Below are positions 1-13,703 of a DNA stretch of 64,000 nt, in pieces (position 1 is the first letter of the stretch; every line of letters begins with the position of its first letter). A program made the translations under genes and the position numbers. The notes under the pieces are model-generated. The model was not told the origin of the DNA and did no database searches. It was given only the letters and a program-made list of their open reading frames with translations. Source of the stretch: Felis catus (Eukaryota). The DNA lies in assembly GCF_018350175.1 (NCBI RefSeq), contig NC_058379.1:89156001-89220000 (forward strand), given 5' to 3'.

Positions 1-1364
1 ACATTTAACTGAAGCACGGACATTTATAACAGATCTACAATCTGTCAATCGCAGAGAATTACAGCAAACTGAGCCAAAGACAATGAAAGGAAATGATCTT
101 CAGAACATCTTGTCCCTGGACTTTTTCCTCACTCACACAACCACTTCAAGAGAACAGCACTGACTCATTTTGGATGAGCCCCACCCTGAAAGACCCTGAG
201 TTCACTCCAAGTCTCCCGTAGGAAAGCAAGCTGAAGAGGGGGAAGCAGAATACATCCCAAAGAAGCAGTGGCCGAATGATGAGTCGAAAATTGCATTTCT
301 ATCCTCTCCTAACACTTCTCGGCACCTCATATTGTGCTGTGTCATCTTTGATAAAGTGTCCCCACTCTGAGGAAAGAGCTCACCAATGTTCTTTTCCGCA
401 GTCAGCGCCTACAAAATAGGACATTGATTTGGCCGCAGGACGACACCTCAACAGCCATCATATTCCCCCGTTCTGTTAAGAACAATACATCACTTATGAT
501 AATATTGATAATGGCTCCAAATGTACCTCGCTTTTCAGACATACGGCGAGACCAAGAGTTTTATACCATTTTCTTTTTAAGAAGTCAATGTGATAAGGTG
601 CGCTTCATGTGACACAATTCTCAAAGTTTTGAAATGTATTCTTTCAACTCAGGGAGATGATCTTTAAGAACATCTACAGATACGTTTCAAGTTTTTATAG
701 CCCTGACACAGGCAAAAACAAAAACAAAAATAGGTGTTCTCAAAGGAGTGGGAGGTTAGGAAGATGGTTTTACCAAAATTTTACTATTCATTTAAATTGC
801 AAATTAGCCTAGCGTAACTAACATCGGAAAGGATGGTGACAAAGGCACGGCTTTCTGGAAAAGATAGGTTGAGGTGATTGTAAGCTGATTAATGGGATTT
901 GTAGGAAGCTCATTGGTATCAATGGAAGCATGTTGATCAAAGTGGATGGCCAACCTGGCAATAAATGGTCCTTCAGTGTATTCACTATTAGGAGAAATTG
1001 AGGAGATCCTCACAGTTTAAATAGCGCCAAAAGAGTTTAAAGACTGCCACCCAAATTATGCCCTGGTTGTTGCTGGCTTCCCTCTGGGCTGGAGGACTTT
1101 CTAGTTAAGCTGACCATCGGTCTCAGGTTCACCACACTGTAATGACCAGTACTGAATTTTTTCTTGAGTCGCCAGGATATTCCAAAGCCTTTCAGGCAAC
1201 AGTCACAGAGAAAGAGACTTACCCTGAGCATAAAATGAAAAAAATGCAAGGCGGCTGTGGGCAGACACCGGGAGAGCCAGTTTTAGAACTTTGTCTGGTT
1301 TCACTGGAGAATGACAGACTGGGGTGCATAACACCTTTTAAGAAAGAAGGACAATACTCATGCC

Positions 1365-1567
1365 ATTCTGCAGGTATTTCAAATCCTAATGCTTAATGTG
1401 ATGGTATCGGGAGGTGGATCCTTTGGGAAGTGATTAGGTGATAAAGGAAGAGCCATCATGAATATAAGGGGATTCATACCCTTATAACAGCAACCCCAGA
1501 GACATAGCTTGCTCCTTCTGCCATATGAGTTTATGTGGAGAAGCTGGCTGTCTCTGAACCAGGAAAG
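1365..1567 (+). mobile_element. MaLR LTR fragment (MLT1A-like)
   Basis: AAATCCTAA…AATGTGATGGTAT…GGAGGTGG…TTTGGGAAGTGATTAGG…GCTCCTTCTGCCATATGAG…GAACCAGGAAAG matches the MLT1A layout; boundaries approximate. Confidence 0.65.
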
Positions 1568-1574
1568 ACGATAT

Positions 1575-2675
1575 CAAGAGAATGAGAACATAAGCCATAG
1601 ACGGGGAGCAAGTATTTGCAAAAGACACGGCTTACTAAGAACTGTTATCCGGAATATAAAAAGAACTCTTAAAACTCAACAATAAGAAGATAAACAACCT
1701 GACTGAAAAATGAGCCAAAAATTAACAAGCATCACACCAAGGAAGATAGACAGATGGCAAACAGCTTATGAAAAGATGCTCCACATAATATGGCCTTAGA
1801 GAAATGCAGATTGAAACAACAACCACATACCACCACACACCTATTAGAATGTTCGAAATCTGGAACACTGACAACATCAAATCCTGATGAGTAGCAGCAG
1901 AAATTCTCATCCGTTGCTGGTAGGGGGATGCAAAATGGTGCGGCCACTTTGGAAGGCAGTTTGATGGTTTCTTACAAAACTAAGCATACTCTTTTATGAC
2001 CTACCAGTCAGGCTTCATGGTATTTACCTAAGGAGTTGAAAATTTACCTCCACATAAAAACCTGTCTATTTTGTTGACACCAAAACAGAGAACAACAAGG
2101 ACAGCCAGCAATAGGTGGATGGCTAAATAAACTATCATACATATTGACGATGGACTATTATTCAGTGCTAAAAAGAAATGAGCTGTTAAGCCATTAGATA
2201 CATGTAAGAATCTTTAAATGCATATTTGTAAGGGCGAGAAGCCACTTTGTAAAGGCTACGTAATGTATCATCTCAGGCGAATGACATTCTCCAAAAGGCA
2301 AAACTATGGAGACAATAAAAAGAACAGAATTGTCCCAGGATGTGGTATCAGAGAGGGATGACTAGGCAGAGAACAGAGAATTTTTAGGGTGGAAAAATCC
2401 CTTTTTATGTTATCAGGACGTTTGCACGTCATTATACATTCTGTCCAAACCCGTAGAATATACAACACCGAAAGTGAACCCCCTAAGGTAAGTTACAGAT
2501 TTAGGGTGATCCTAATGTGTCATTGTAAGTTCAATCCATTATAGAAAATTTCCCATCTGGTGAAGGATGTTGATCATGGGGAGGCTGTGCATGTGTTGGG
2601 ACAGGAGGTATATGGGATGTCTCTATACCTTCCTCTCGATTGTTCTGTAAACCCTGAAACTGCTCTAAAAAAACG
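1575..2675 (+). mobile_element. Old L1 3' end (ORF2 C-terminus remnant plus 3' UTR, L1MC-like)
   Basis: GAACTCTTAAAACTCAACAATAAGAA, GGAACACTGACAACATCAAAT, TGCAAAATGGTGCGGCCACTTTGGAA, and the L1MC-type end GGGAGGCTGTGCATGTG…CCTGAAACTGCTCTAAAAAAA. Confidence 0.85.
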
Positions 2676-3224
2676 AAAGCCTTGAAAAATGCAGTCTTCA
2701 CGTAATTTCGCCCTGTTACTCTCTAACATTCCACGACTAATTTCACGAAACCCTGAATGAAGGTAAATGTGAGGCAAGAAACACTGTGTCACGTTCCTTG
2801 TAATGTACTAACAGGCAGTAAAAGTCAATATGTGCTTTACATGCTGGAGCTGTCCTGCTGCTGACAAGTTTAACTCTACTGGGTGCTTTCCTCATCTTGT
2901 TATTTGCCCGGCAACACTTGCCTTTTCCAAGCGAGTGCCCCCCACAGAATTTGAGCAGACCTACGAGGGTATGAACTTCTTAATTTAAGGAATAAAATGA
3001 ACTCTGCTCTGTGTGGAGTGACACTTCCCCACCTCACTACGATGTGTTTATGGACTCAATGAAACAGGTGAAGATTCATTAAATGCTACAAAGGGACAAA
3101 TAAATATGAAGCATGATGTCAATTTCTTGGTTATATTTCCTATTTCTGGGCTGGTAAATAAAACTATTCACACCAAAATAAAGGTTGAGGACATCTTCTT
3201 GTGTTTGGATCTATGCAGATGTTT

Positions 3225-3437
3225 TCAAAAATAAAAAAGGTTCACATTTATTTATTTTTGAGAGAGAGAGAGAGAGACAGAGCATGAGAGGGGAAGGGGA
3301 AGACACGGAATCTGAAGCAGGCTCCAGGCTCTGAGCCATCAGCACAGAGCCGGTTGTGGGGCTCGAATCCACCAACTGTGAGATCATGACCAGAGCCGAA
3401 GTCCGGTGCTCAACCCGCTGAGCCACCCAGGCGCCCC
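3225..3437 (-). mobile_element. CanSINE (SINEC, feliform type)
   Basis: Reverse complement begins GGGGCGCCTGGGTGGCTCAG; (CT)n and A-rich tail; imperfect TSD GATC(T/C)ATGCAGAT at about 3208 and 3439. Confidence 0.95.
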
Positions 3438-4019
3438 TGATCCATGCAGATTTTTAACATGAATCAGGCCCGTAGGGATATTAGCCTGTTGGTGAAAATC
3501 ACCTATCATGTACCCATTTGCCCTCACACTCAGTAGAGAGAAACACATTACAAACTTGATGAAAAATGTGTACAAGCAAATGTCCTTTTTATTAAATATT
3601 TGACCAAGCACGGTAAAACCATCAGAAGTAATGGGTGGCAAACATACCCATTCACCACAGGCTGTAGGAAGAGGCATTGAATGTGGCACCATGGCAGGAT
3701 GCAACACAGAGCTTCCAGAAAACGTGCACAGCGCGGCTCATGATGTTTACACGGAGACTTATATTTTGCTATCCTCTTCGCCAGTTACTTGGTTCTCCTT
3801 GTTGTTGAGAAGGGGGAAAGATAGGGGAAAGATAGAGTCCCTGCTGCAGTTTAGGGAAAACAATCATAGAAAGATAGAATTCCCAATGTACCCACAGCAG
3901 TCACGTCAGGGCAATGCAACATTTTGCCACCAATGTCACATACCCAACACAAGGTTGAATGTAGGGTAAGAACTGGTTGGACTTACAACTGAGGACTCCA
4001 GAATTTGGCGTGTCTCAGG

Positions 4020-4190
4020 TAAGGTGGCCAGATGGGGCAAATACAAGCATGTGACCTCTAGTTCATTAGAATTGCAGGTTAATTTTTCACAGAAGTGTGA
4101 CAAAATATTGTGAGGATCATAGTTCTACCAAAAAATGATTCATATGTAATTCTGAAATTGAGAGTTAACTGGGCCTCCTTTGTTCTATCT
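4020..4190. mobile_element. Small hAT DNA transposon relic (MER53-like)
   Basis: CAAATACAAG…AGTT…GAATT…CAG and CTGAAATT…AGTTAACTGGGCCTCC pseudo-palindromic ends. Confidence 0.45.
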
Positions 4191-4939
4191 TAGAAGTTCT
4201 AGGAAGAAACAGATAGACCATTGAAGGAGGAACATTTGGAAGACTGGATCAAATGATCACACGAGAAAGAAGCAAAATCATACATAAAATTAAGTATACA
4301 TGGACACATATGAGCACAGTTTTAGGAGAGCACATTGCAGTCAGACATTTAAGCTTTATATTCTGTGTTCCACCACTGACTATACAGATAATGCAGACCA
4401 CTTACATAAACTGTCTTGGTCTGTTAGGTCTTTAATGTGGGAATAAAAATAATAATAACGGTAACATTTTGTCTTTGTTGTTACCATAAAATTACCCAAA
4501 GAAAATTGGTATGATGCAAATTATTGTTACACTTCTTTGCATTTTGGTGAGGACTGAGATGCCCTGGTGATTCCAAAATGTATGCCTCTATTGTTAAATT
4601 GTATTTAAATATGTTCCATTAGAACACTTATTGGCTGTAACAGCTTTGGTCCTTTTGAGAATGGAAGTAGGTAACCTGATAACTCTTGAAGTTGTCTACA
4701 TCTTAGAGGAGGAAAAGCCCAGAAGGTGTTTCAGTCAGTCCTGGAAGAAGTCATAATTTTACTAAAATCTTAGGCAAAAGGAGGGGCAGACAGACAGGTG
4801 AGACATGAGAAAAACGAGCTTGGATTATCTTTCAATTTCTACCCAGTCCAGTCTTTCTGTGACTATTGATCTGCGTATATAGATAGCAAAGTGACTTCAT
4901 AGCATAATTTTATTCTGTAAGAGACCTGAAATAACCCAT

Positions 4940-4957
4940 TTTTAATATTTATTTATT

Positions 4958-4989
<32 letters not shown>

Positions 4990-5149
4990 CAGGGGAAGGA
5001 GCAGAGAGAGGGAGACACAGAATTCAAAGCAAGCTCCAGGCTCCCAGCTGTCAGCACAGAGCCTGATGCAGGGCTCGAACTCATGAGCTATGACATCATG
5101 ACTTAAGCTGAAGTCAGATGCTTAATGGACTGAGCCACGCAGGCACCCC
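4940..5149 (-). mobile_element. CanSINE
   Basis: Reverse complement begins GGGGTGCCTGCGTGGCTCAGTC; (GA)n tract; TSD AAATAACCCAT at 4929-4939 and 5152-5162. Confidence 0.95.
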
Positions 5150-5505
5150 TAAAATAACCCATCTGAAGCCAGAAATAAATCAAGAGGTTCACTTCGGTCT
5201 AGCCAAGGCAAGGGTCTTGAGTTCTGAAACCATGTTAGCGGGGCAAACCTGTGCCATTATGTCAATCTAGAGCAACCTAAGATTTCATTCAGTTTTACCA
5301 GAACTTTACATGATCCTGGAGCTGGACATCTAGCAGAGTTTGCAGGATTTGTTGTACATGAGCCTGCTGAGGAGCTTTCATAGACAAAAATTAGGAAAAG
5401 AAAATATTTTACAAAATGAAGGTGTGGGTTATAAAATGGCTCACCTTTAATATTCTTTTGAGAGGTAAATACAATATTGTCATTCCTTTTTTAAAAATAT
5501 TTTCA

Positions 5506-5728
5506 GGGGCGCCTGGGTGGCGCAGTCGGTTAAGCGTCCAACTTCAGCCAGGTCACGATCTCGCGGTCGGTGGGTTCGAGCCCCGCGTCAGGCTCTGGGC
5601 TGATGGCTCAGAGCCTGGAGCCTGTTTCCGATTCTGTGTCTCCCTCTCTCTCTGCCCCTCCCCCGTTCATGCTCTGTCTCTCTCTGTCCCAAAAATAAAT
5701 AAAAACGTTGAAAAAAAAAATTTTTTTT
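5506..5728 (+). mobile_element. Young felid CanSINE (SINEC_Fc-like)
   Basis: GGGGCGCCTGGGTGGCGCAGTCGGTTAAGCG…GGTTCGAGCCC (Pol III A and B boxes); CpGs intact; TSD TAAAAATATTTTCAG at 5492-5506 and 5729-5743. Confidence 0.97.
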
Positions 5729-5751
5729 TAAAAATATTTTCAGTTTCTGAA

Positions 5752-5787
5752 GTGCGTGCGTGTGTGTGTGTGTGTGCGCGCGTGCGT
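5752..5787. repeat. (TG)n/(CG)n alternating purine-pyrimidine microsatellite
   Basis: GTGCGTGCGTGTGTGTGTGTGTGTGCGCGCGTGCGT read directly. Confidence 0.9.
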
Positions 5788-6309
5788 TAATGGAATTCTT
5801 GAAGCTAGAGGTCCCAAGTACACATCAGAGTCACATCTGAAAGTTCCATTCCTGCAACATCAAAGGATCCCACTCAGAGAGCCAAAGTAACCAGAAGTAG
5901 AGAAGAAAGGAAAAGCAAGGGCGTGTTAATTTTGTTTTCCTAAAGCCTGAAGAATCTATAAGAATCTAAAATGTGGTGTTTTATAGTTACAATAATGAAC
6001 ACAATTTTTACGTCTCAATCTTTAAGATGTATGAGTTTTCAAAATGTTTGCTAACCAATATTCATCTGCATATGAATTTGGAGAAAACATATTGACATAT
6101 GTATTTTCTATGTACAAGCTTTCTTGTTTTGAGCGTTTTAATACCGGCATCATTATTGTCAAAGAGTGTGGAAATGAATTGCCACAAATATAATTGAGGG
6201 TAGAAAAAAAGGTTAAACAGAAATAGTCATCTGGTCACAAAGTCATTTATTAGTTTTTCACCATGGATACATCCTCTGGCAGGCACTAGGGTAAAGTATG
6301 AGAACATTT

Positions 6310-7385
6310 TTTGAATTGCAAGCAAATATATTGGGACTTTTATTAAATAAAACGAATAGACATTTCACCAAAGAAGATATAGATAGTCAACAGGTATATT
6401 AAAAAGTTCTCAACATTACTAATCATCTAGAAAACGCAAATCAAAACCAAAGTGAGATATCATCTCACACCTGTTAGAATGGCTAGGACCAGAAAGACAA
6501 AAGATAACAAGAATATGGAGAAAGGAACCCTTGTGCATTGTTGGTGGGGATGCAAATTGGTGCAGCCTCTACAGAAAACAGTACAGAAGTTTCTCAAAAA
6601 ATTAAAAACAGAACTACCATACAAGCCAGCAATGCTACTTCTGGGTATATATCCAAAGGAAATGAAATCAAGATCTTGATGAGATATCTGCACTGTCTTG
6701 TTCATTGCAGTGTTATTCACTATGGAATATATATGGAAACAACCTAAATGTCCATAGATAGATGGTTGGATAAAGAAAATGTATATATAGTGGAATATTC
6801 TTCAACCTTTGAAAAAAGAGGAAATCCTGCCATTGGTAACAGATGAACCTAGAGAATATGAGCCAAGTGATAAGTCAGAGAGATAAATGATGTACAATCG
6901 CACTTGTATGTGGATCTAAAGTAGTCAAATTCAGGGAAGTAGAGAGTAGAATGGTGGTTGCCAGGAACAAGGGAGTGGGGGAAATAGGGAGGTGTTGATT
7001 AAGGGGATACAACATTTCAGTTATGCAACATAAATGAATTCTGGAGGGCTAAAATCTACCCTGGCAACAAGTTAATGATACTGTATTATATATTCGAAAT
7101 TTGCTAAATGGGTAGATATGAAGTGTCCTCATCCTGGAAGGAAGGAAGGAAGGAAGGAAGGAAGGAAGGAAGGAAGGAAAAGGAAGGAAGGAAGAAGAAG
7201 GAAGGAAAGAAAGAGAGGAGGGAGAAGGGAGTGAGAAAATAAAAGTTGTGTGAAGTGATGGATATGTTAATTAGCTTGATGATGATGGTTATTTCAAATG
7301 CATACATGTTTCAAAACATTATGTTATACAACTTAAATATATGTAATTTTTGTCAATTACATTTCAATAAAGCTGGAAAAAATAA
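6310..7385 (+). mobile_element. L1 3' end (L1MA-like) with an internal (GGAA)n expansion
   Basis: ORF2 C-terminal remnant (ORF 6452-6679, [11 protein letters not shown]…[15 protein letters not shown]…KTELPYKPA); L1MA 3' UTR ending TTTCAATAAAGCTGGAAAAA. Confidence 0.92.
7136..7230 (+). repeat. (GGAA)n purine microsatellite
   Basis: Read directly. Confidence 0.95.
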
Positions 7386-9732
7386 ATGTACTGATTTTTA
7401 AAGTGCAATTTGAATTTAAATAAATTCAATAACATTAAATGTTGGGATGACAGCACTTTGTCATAAATGTATTACTAAGTATGAAACTATATTTTGTTAC
7501 ACTGGTATATACATATATTATATATTATGCATATAATACATAATCTGTTGTCATCTTATTTATTCTAATTAAACTGTAGAACCACAGAGGACAGGACACT
7601 TCATGCACTCCTGCGTTCACAGTGAGATACTTATGAGCTATTTAATCTTTGGATAATTATTCCTTTGACTTTTGAAGTAACTGCTTAGGTAAATTTTTAG
7701 CAACATACAACTTTTCATTTTACTGGCAAACAATTATGAATTCCAACTGGGAATTCCACTTTAAAATAAATTGTGTCTACAAAATAACTTGAATGCATAT
7801 TGTATGAGGTAGAAAATACTTAGCATATTTATGGAAAAATACCTGTAGCATACATCCAATTATTCTTTTATGAAAAAAGATGTTCTTTATGTCTTAAAAA
7901 CAGCGAGCTAATGAAAGGCGAATATTCTTTACTAGGGAGTATGATTTTTAAAATCTCATATAAATAGGGGACATCACTTCCTATCCAGTGGGGGAGTCGG
8001 CATTGCAATTGAAGGATTTTGTCCCTTTCCATGAGAAATAACACAGCTAGTAAATTTTGTCTGAACTCATCCTTTTCATTCAGAGCATCAAGTTCAACAT
8101 TTGAACTTGTTGCAAACTGAAATTTGCAGCAAGGCTGGAAAGTGGGCACCTTTTGATTAACAACAATTCCTGCTGGATTTCTGTTTGCTTCCCATTTTTA
8201 AAGAAGAGTGGTATTGTCTTTTTTTCCCCTTTCCCATCGCATTGTGACCAATTTATTACTAGATTCTTTCTGAGAAATTCAATTTCTTCCCCTTTTTTAT
8301 CAGCTTATCACAGCCTTGGTTAGTAGGATTAAATAAAAACTATTTCTTTTTTATTTTTTTCTTATTTCCACAGAAAAGGGCTCTGCTTTAGTAGATTACA
8401 TGGCAACTGACGACTCACGTCAATGGGAAGGATTTAACTATATACCGTGGTAGCAGTTTGCAATAAACTTCACAGCAAAAAAATCCATTCAGAAGTATAG
8501 TATGGTAACCTCTTGACTGCTTCCTTTTTTTTTCCTTCCTTTTTTTCACTTTTTTCAAGAACTTTTTCGTTGTTGTTTTAAATTTGAGAAAGTTATTTAT
8601 GTGTGATATGCCACCTTTCAATGAAATCGACCATGGGCTTTCTGTTGAGCTAGGATTTCGTGTGCCCCACCACACTCCCTGAGGATATGGCATCTCAAAA
8701 TAGGACATAAGAGAGTAGAACTAACTTTTCCTCATGATGGTAATGCTGCCTTAGATGCCTGGGCGGAGGCTGTGATTGAGAAATGCAGTTTTATACAAAT
8801 ATGCATCAAACTCAGAATTAATTAGGGTTTTTCAGCACCTTACACGTTGTCACACAATAGACAGCATCTATGAATGATGAATGGGTAGCTTAACAAATAT
8901 GACAAAAGATTAACGCCCTTAAGTTTTGCGTGAAAAATTCAGGGCGTCATCTTATTAATGCATTCACTGGATGAACTTGGGTTGAATTCCAACTTTATAC
9001 AAGGCTCTGCTTTGGGAGTTCAGACAAAGCACTGTCCTTGGCAGCAAGGCGTTTATATGTCCTTAAGTAACATCCGTGGCTTCAGAAACTGTGGCCCCCG
9101 GACTCACTTATTTCCCCCATAACAGCTTCCAATTTATTGCTTTTGGTGTGAGTTAGTAAAACTGCTAATAAATGAGATTAAATGATTTTACTGTGAGTGG
9201 CTTGGAATTGCCAATTTTTCTTCCACTTTCTACTCTAGGCCCTGCTAATTGGGCATTACTAATGTAAAGGTCAGAGGACGTATTTGATTCGATTACAGTG
9301 AAATTAGCAGTTTTGAGCAGGAACAGCCATTTTTTCCTGCTATGGGCCCCATAGTTGCTCGCTAATTTTGTAAAGAGGGGAGAAGGGAAGAATGAGTTAG
9401 CCATTAGGAGGAGACATGAAGGAGCCCGTCGTTAATGCCATAAAACATCATCACTTATGTAAACTTTCTCTTATCCCCAGATTATAGTTAGAATGTGTAC
9501 TTACCACAAGGTTAAAATTGTCATCATCATTTTTCCAATAAAACCGAGGTAAAACCTGGAAAGAATAGTTCTTTGAAAGAAAAAAAATATATTCATGAAG
9601 CTACTCTTCAACAGAAATGGGAAACGATAGTTATGTTTATTTACATAGCTGTTAGGGTTGTGTTTTAATAGTTGGTGATTATGCCATAATCATGCTTCCA
9701 TCTTTTTGTTCATAATGATGTCACTTAATTCC

Positions 9733-9954
9733 TTTTTTAAAAAATTTTTTAAGGTGTATCTATATTTGAGACAGAGAGAGACAGAGCATGAATGGGGGGA
9801 GGGTCAGAGAGAGAGGGAGACACAGAATCCAAAACAGGATCCAGGCTCTGAGCTGTCAGCACAGAGCCCGATGCGGGGCTCAAACTCACGGACCGCAAGA
9901 TCATGACCTGAGCTGAAGTCAGACGCTTAACTGACTGAGCCACCCAGGCGCTCC
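9733..9954 (-). mobile_element. CanSINE
   Basis: Reverse complement begins GGAGCGCCTGGGTGGCTCAGTCAGTTAAGCG; TSD TGTCAC(C)TTAATTC at 9719-9731 and 9957-9970. Confidence 0.95.
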
Positions 9955-10699
9955 TGTGTCACCTTAATTCTGAACTTCATAAATCCTAATGTATAGTTTA
10001 ATGAAGTGTGAAATGTATTTTGTATCTTGTAGATACTTAAGAAGAAATGGGCATATAAAGCAGATAAAGATATTTAAAGGTCAAAAATAAGAAGACACAA
10101 ATTTTAATATAATAATGTATCTATCTTCCTCAGCTAACCAGGTCGAAATTTATTTCTACTGTGAGACACAAATCTTAGGAGTAAATATTTTAAGCTCAGA
10201 CCTGGGTGATTTATTGCCACATTGTTTGGTTATCACTTAGGCGGGTCTGTGGACGAAACATGCGATGGAGAGCCAACAAACTTGGGGTGTATGGATAAAC
10301 TTATTTGGTTTTTTTTAAAGTAAAAGTACTTATTTTTACTTTACTTCTTACTTACTTCTTAGTTTTAAGAAGGATTTTGTCTATGTCACCCATCTATCTT
10401 AGTGTTTTTCATTTATTCTCATTAACATAGCACACAAAATTCTCAATCTAAAGTTTGTCAACTCCATCCTTAAGATCCATGGATTGGGAAAAGCTTGGAA
10501 AATGACAGAGTTTGACAATATTTGCCCGATGTTTGGCTCTTTCAAATACAAAGCCTTGAGATTCTCTTTCTGCTAAAGACACACGAAGACAGGGGGAGCA
10601 TCTCTCTTACCCTGATGATAAGAAATCTTAATTGTTCTTGTTCCTATTAGAAGGTTGAGGTAGAGGAACCAAGTAGCCCGGAATTCAAGAGAAGACAGA

Positions 10700-12340
10700 T
10701 CCCCATGAAGACAGATAGGATCCTGGCACTGGTTCACGCAAAGGTCAGTGCTTGGGAGGAAGCAGTCGTCACCACACGAGTGGAAAAAAACGCACCTAAA
10801 TTTTGGACAAACTGCTATAGGCTGAGTGTGAACTAGAGTAACACCTTCGGAAACATGGAAACTCCAGACCCTGGGGGAATCCCACCTGCCGTCCACGGAC
10901 CCTCGGGGGAATCAGTGTGGGCAGGGCAGCCAAATGGAAAGGGGCAGGGATTGGCCTCGCCGTGGGAAAGGCACATGGCTGCTTTCCCTGGCTATTCTTT
11001 CCCCTCTTAGGAAGCAAAAGAGTCAAGATGCTGAGGGGGGGGTGGGGGTGGGGAGGAGGATCAAACCCCAGGGTTCCAAGTTTAGCAGCAGGAGGGAGTA
11101 GAGCCCCGCCAACCTGCTAAGCTGCTCTTGTATCAAAGAAAGAGAGAAAGCCTCTTGACCAGAGATCACTAGTAAAACGGTCTGGCTGGATGAAGAACGC
11201 GTTTGTCTACACCTGGGGAGAAGCAGGAAAGGATCCTGAGCCATTGTGGGACGTAAGGGGAAAAAAACCCTCCAACCTCCTACTCGCAGGAGGATCAGAA
11301 ACACTCCGGGGCCCAGGATTCCACAGCAATGCAGTGCGGGGAGGGACGGCCCTGAGCAGGAACCCACCGAGCGAACCCAAGGGGAGGAGAAGCCGCAGTG
11401 TAGGAACACGGAGGAAACAAACCTCCCAGGAGTGCAGATGCGCAGGAAATGCTGACAGTTGTGGTGGAAACACTTAGAAACGCCCTCAGGGCCACAGCCA
11501 GTACCCTCGGCACCGCAAAGTGTGAGCCCCGTGTTGCAGAACCTGGACACGCACAACCGCAGTGGCCTTAAACCCCATGTCTAGCCCAGATCCTGACCGC
11601 CTGAAAGCCCCAGCCTTGAAAATGAAGAAGCACGCTCACTTCTGGGCATTTCTGTTTACTTTAGTCCCTGATGTTCTTTACGTGACTTTCAATATTCAGT
11701 CAAAAATTATGAGACATACACACACACAAAAAAAAAAAAGGCAAGGAAAAACAACTGATTGTCAAAACAAAACAGTGAACAGACCCAGCTGTGGAAATGA
11801 CCCTAGATGTTGAAAGTCTCAGACTGGGAAGTATGAATATTGTAAGTGTATTAAATAATCTAGTGGAACCAGAGGGACAACATATAGGAACCGATGAAGG
11901 ATATCAGCAGCGAAGTCGAAATTATAAGAAAATGTGGAATGAAATCCTAGAGATGAAGAGTTTCCTTGACAGTTTCGTCAGTAGACTTGACCCAGCTGAA
12001 ACAAAAATCAGTAAACTTAAAACTAAATCAAGAAAAATACCCAAACCAAGATGCAAAGAGGAGAAAAAAAATAGCACAACAAACACTAGAGAAACCAAGA
12101 GTGTTGCAAAAATACCAAAAGGTCTAACATATAAGTAAATTTACGTCCCAGAAGGAGAAGAGAAAGAGAATGTACAGGAAACATATTGAAAAGATAATGG
12201 CACAGAAATTTCAAATATAATGAAAAATGTCAAGCCACAAATCCAAAGTAGCTCAGAGATCTGCTCCAGGAGGATAAACCCCACACAAATAAGTCAATAA
12301 AAACTAAGAACCGAAGATTAAAAAAAAATGGTAAAGAAAA
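10700..12340 (+). mobile_element. Ancient L1 5' region: GC-rich 5' UTR-like part plus degenerate ORF1
   Basis: 11690-12340 has old-L1 ORF1 hallmarks (AAAATTATGAGACAT, CAGTAGACTTGAC-CAGCTGAA, GTCCCAGAAGGAGAAGAGAAAGAGAATG; ORF 11791-12138 SRLDPAETKISKLK coiled-coil remnant). Assigning the upstream GC-rich part to the 5' UTR is inference. Confidence 0.7.
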
Positions 12341-12569
12341 AATCTTTTGGCTCCGTTTTGCAGGGGAAACCCTGCAACCCTTAAATTAGAAACAATTCAA
12401 GTCTCAAAGCATGTTTTTGGGAATGATCAGAAAGTATCAAGCAAACACCGCGGCCCTGGGGTATGTATGCATTCGATGTGTGAATCTGTATAGAAGAAGT
12501 GATATTAATCTCAGCTCACCAGATGCAGAATATCATGGCGGATGGCACGAACTCTACAGACATATTTAT

Positions 12570-12770
12570 GCATTCAGATCACATCTCTGACATACCGCCT
12601 GTGTGACCCTGAACAAGTTTCCTGATTTACCTGCACCTCATTCTCTTCTATAAAATGGGATAACCTGAGAACTCATTTCATGTGGTCATTATGTTAAATG
12701 AGTTCAAATATAAAGCCCTTCACATAGTGCCTGGCACATGGAAAGCACTACAACTCCGTAGCTAGATATT
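12570..12770 (+). mobile_element. MIR
   Basis: TGTGTGACCCTGAACAAGTT…CCTCATTCTCTTCTATAAAATGGGATAA…CACATAGTGCCTGGCACAT core. Confidence 0.8.
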
Positions 12771-13199
12771 AGGAGCATTTATTATGAGATTTGCTTGGTA
12801 GGGACCTTTGACCTACCTTTTTCTCTATTCGAATACATTTACCGAACATAGCAGATTTCCAGGGATTATTATATAATGTTTGATCCATACTGTCTAGTAA
12901 GTTAAAAAAAAAAAAAAAAGAAAGAAAAGAAAAAGAAATGATGCTCCAGTTCGTGGGAGAAGAATACACATCTAGAAGATAAACCCTCGGTAAGAGTACT
13001 TGTGTCTTCCTGCAAGTAGTTTACTGGTCCATAATGCCATTTGGGCACAAAGTAATCAATGTGAATCCCACACTCTCTTCCCATTTTTTAGTTTTGGTTG
13101 GTTTGGTTTGTTGACTTCAGAGGTAATTACTTTCAACCATTGTCTAATTTTATTTCATCTCACCAAAGTCCTCTAGAGTCATTTTAAAACTGCATACAA

Positions 13200-13418
13200 G
13201 GGGCGCCTGGGTGGCACAGTTGGTTAAGCGTCCGACTTCAGCCAGGTCACGATCTTGCGGTCCGTGAGTTCGAGCCCTGTGTCGGGCTCTGGGCTGATGG
13301 CTCAGAGCCTGGAGCCTGTTTCCGATTCTGTGTCTCCCTCTCTCTCTGCCCCTCCCCCGTTCATGCTCTGTCTCTCTCTGTCCCAAAAATAAATAAACGT
13401 TGAAAAAAAATTAAAAAA
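13200..13418 (+). mobile_element. Young felid CanSINE (SINEC_Fc-like)
   Basis: Full-length body; TSD AAAACTGCATACAA at 13186-13199 and 13419-13432. Confidence 0.97.
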
Positions 13419-13486
13419 AAAACTGCATACAATTCCAGTTATTCAGTACTGAGAAGTATACTCGCATCTTAAGAAATGACCATGTC

Positions 13487-13703
13487 GGGGCGCCTGGGTG
13501 GCTCAGTTGGTTAAGCGTCTGACTTCAGCTCAGGTCATGATCTCACAGTCCGTGAGTTCGAGCCCCACGTCGGGCTCTGTGCTGACAGCTCAGAGCCTGG
13601 AGCCTGCTTCAAATTCTTTGTCTCCCTCTCTCTCTGCCCCTCCCCTGCTCATGCTCTGTCTCTCTCTGTCTCAAAAATAAATAAAAATATTAAAAAAAAA
13701 AAA
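13487..13703 (+). mobile_element. CanSINE
   Basis: Full-length body; perfect TSD AAGAAATGACCATGTC at 13471-13486 and 13704-13719. Confidence 0.97.

Noticed and set aside
137-230. Minus-strand segment bounded by acceptor and GTGAGT donor motifs
   Set aside because: Stops in all three frames and isolated; could be a non-coding exon but is unsupported.
5506-5590. tRNA-like A and B boxes
   Set aside because: These are SINE heads, not tRNA genes.
6452-6679. ORF resembling a real protein
   Set aside because: It is the decayed C-terminus of L1 ORF2, not a host gene.
11023-11556. Cluster of overlapping ORFs (up to 177 aa) in GC-rich DNA
   Set aside because: Stop-poor because of GC content, and directly upstream of degenerate L1 ORF1; best explained as an old L1 5' region.
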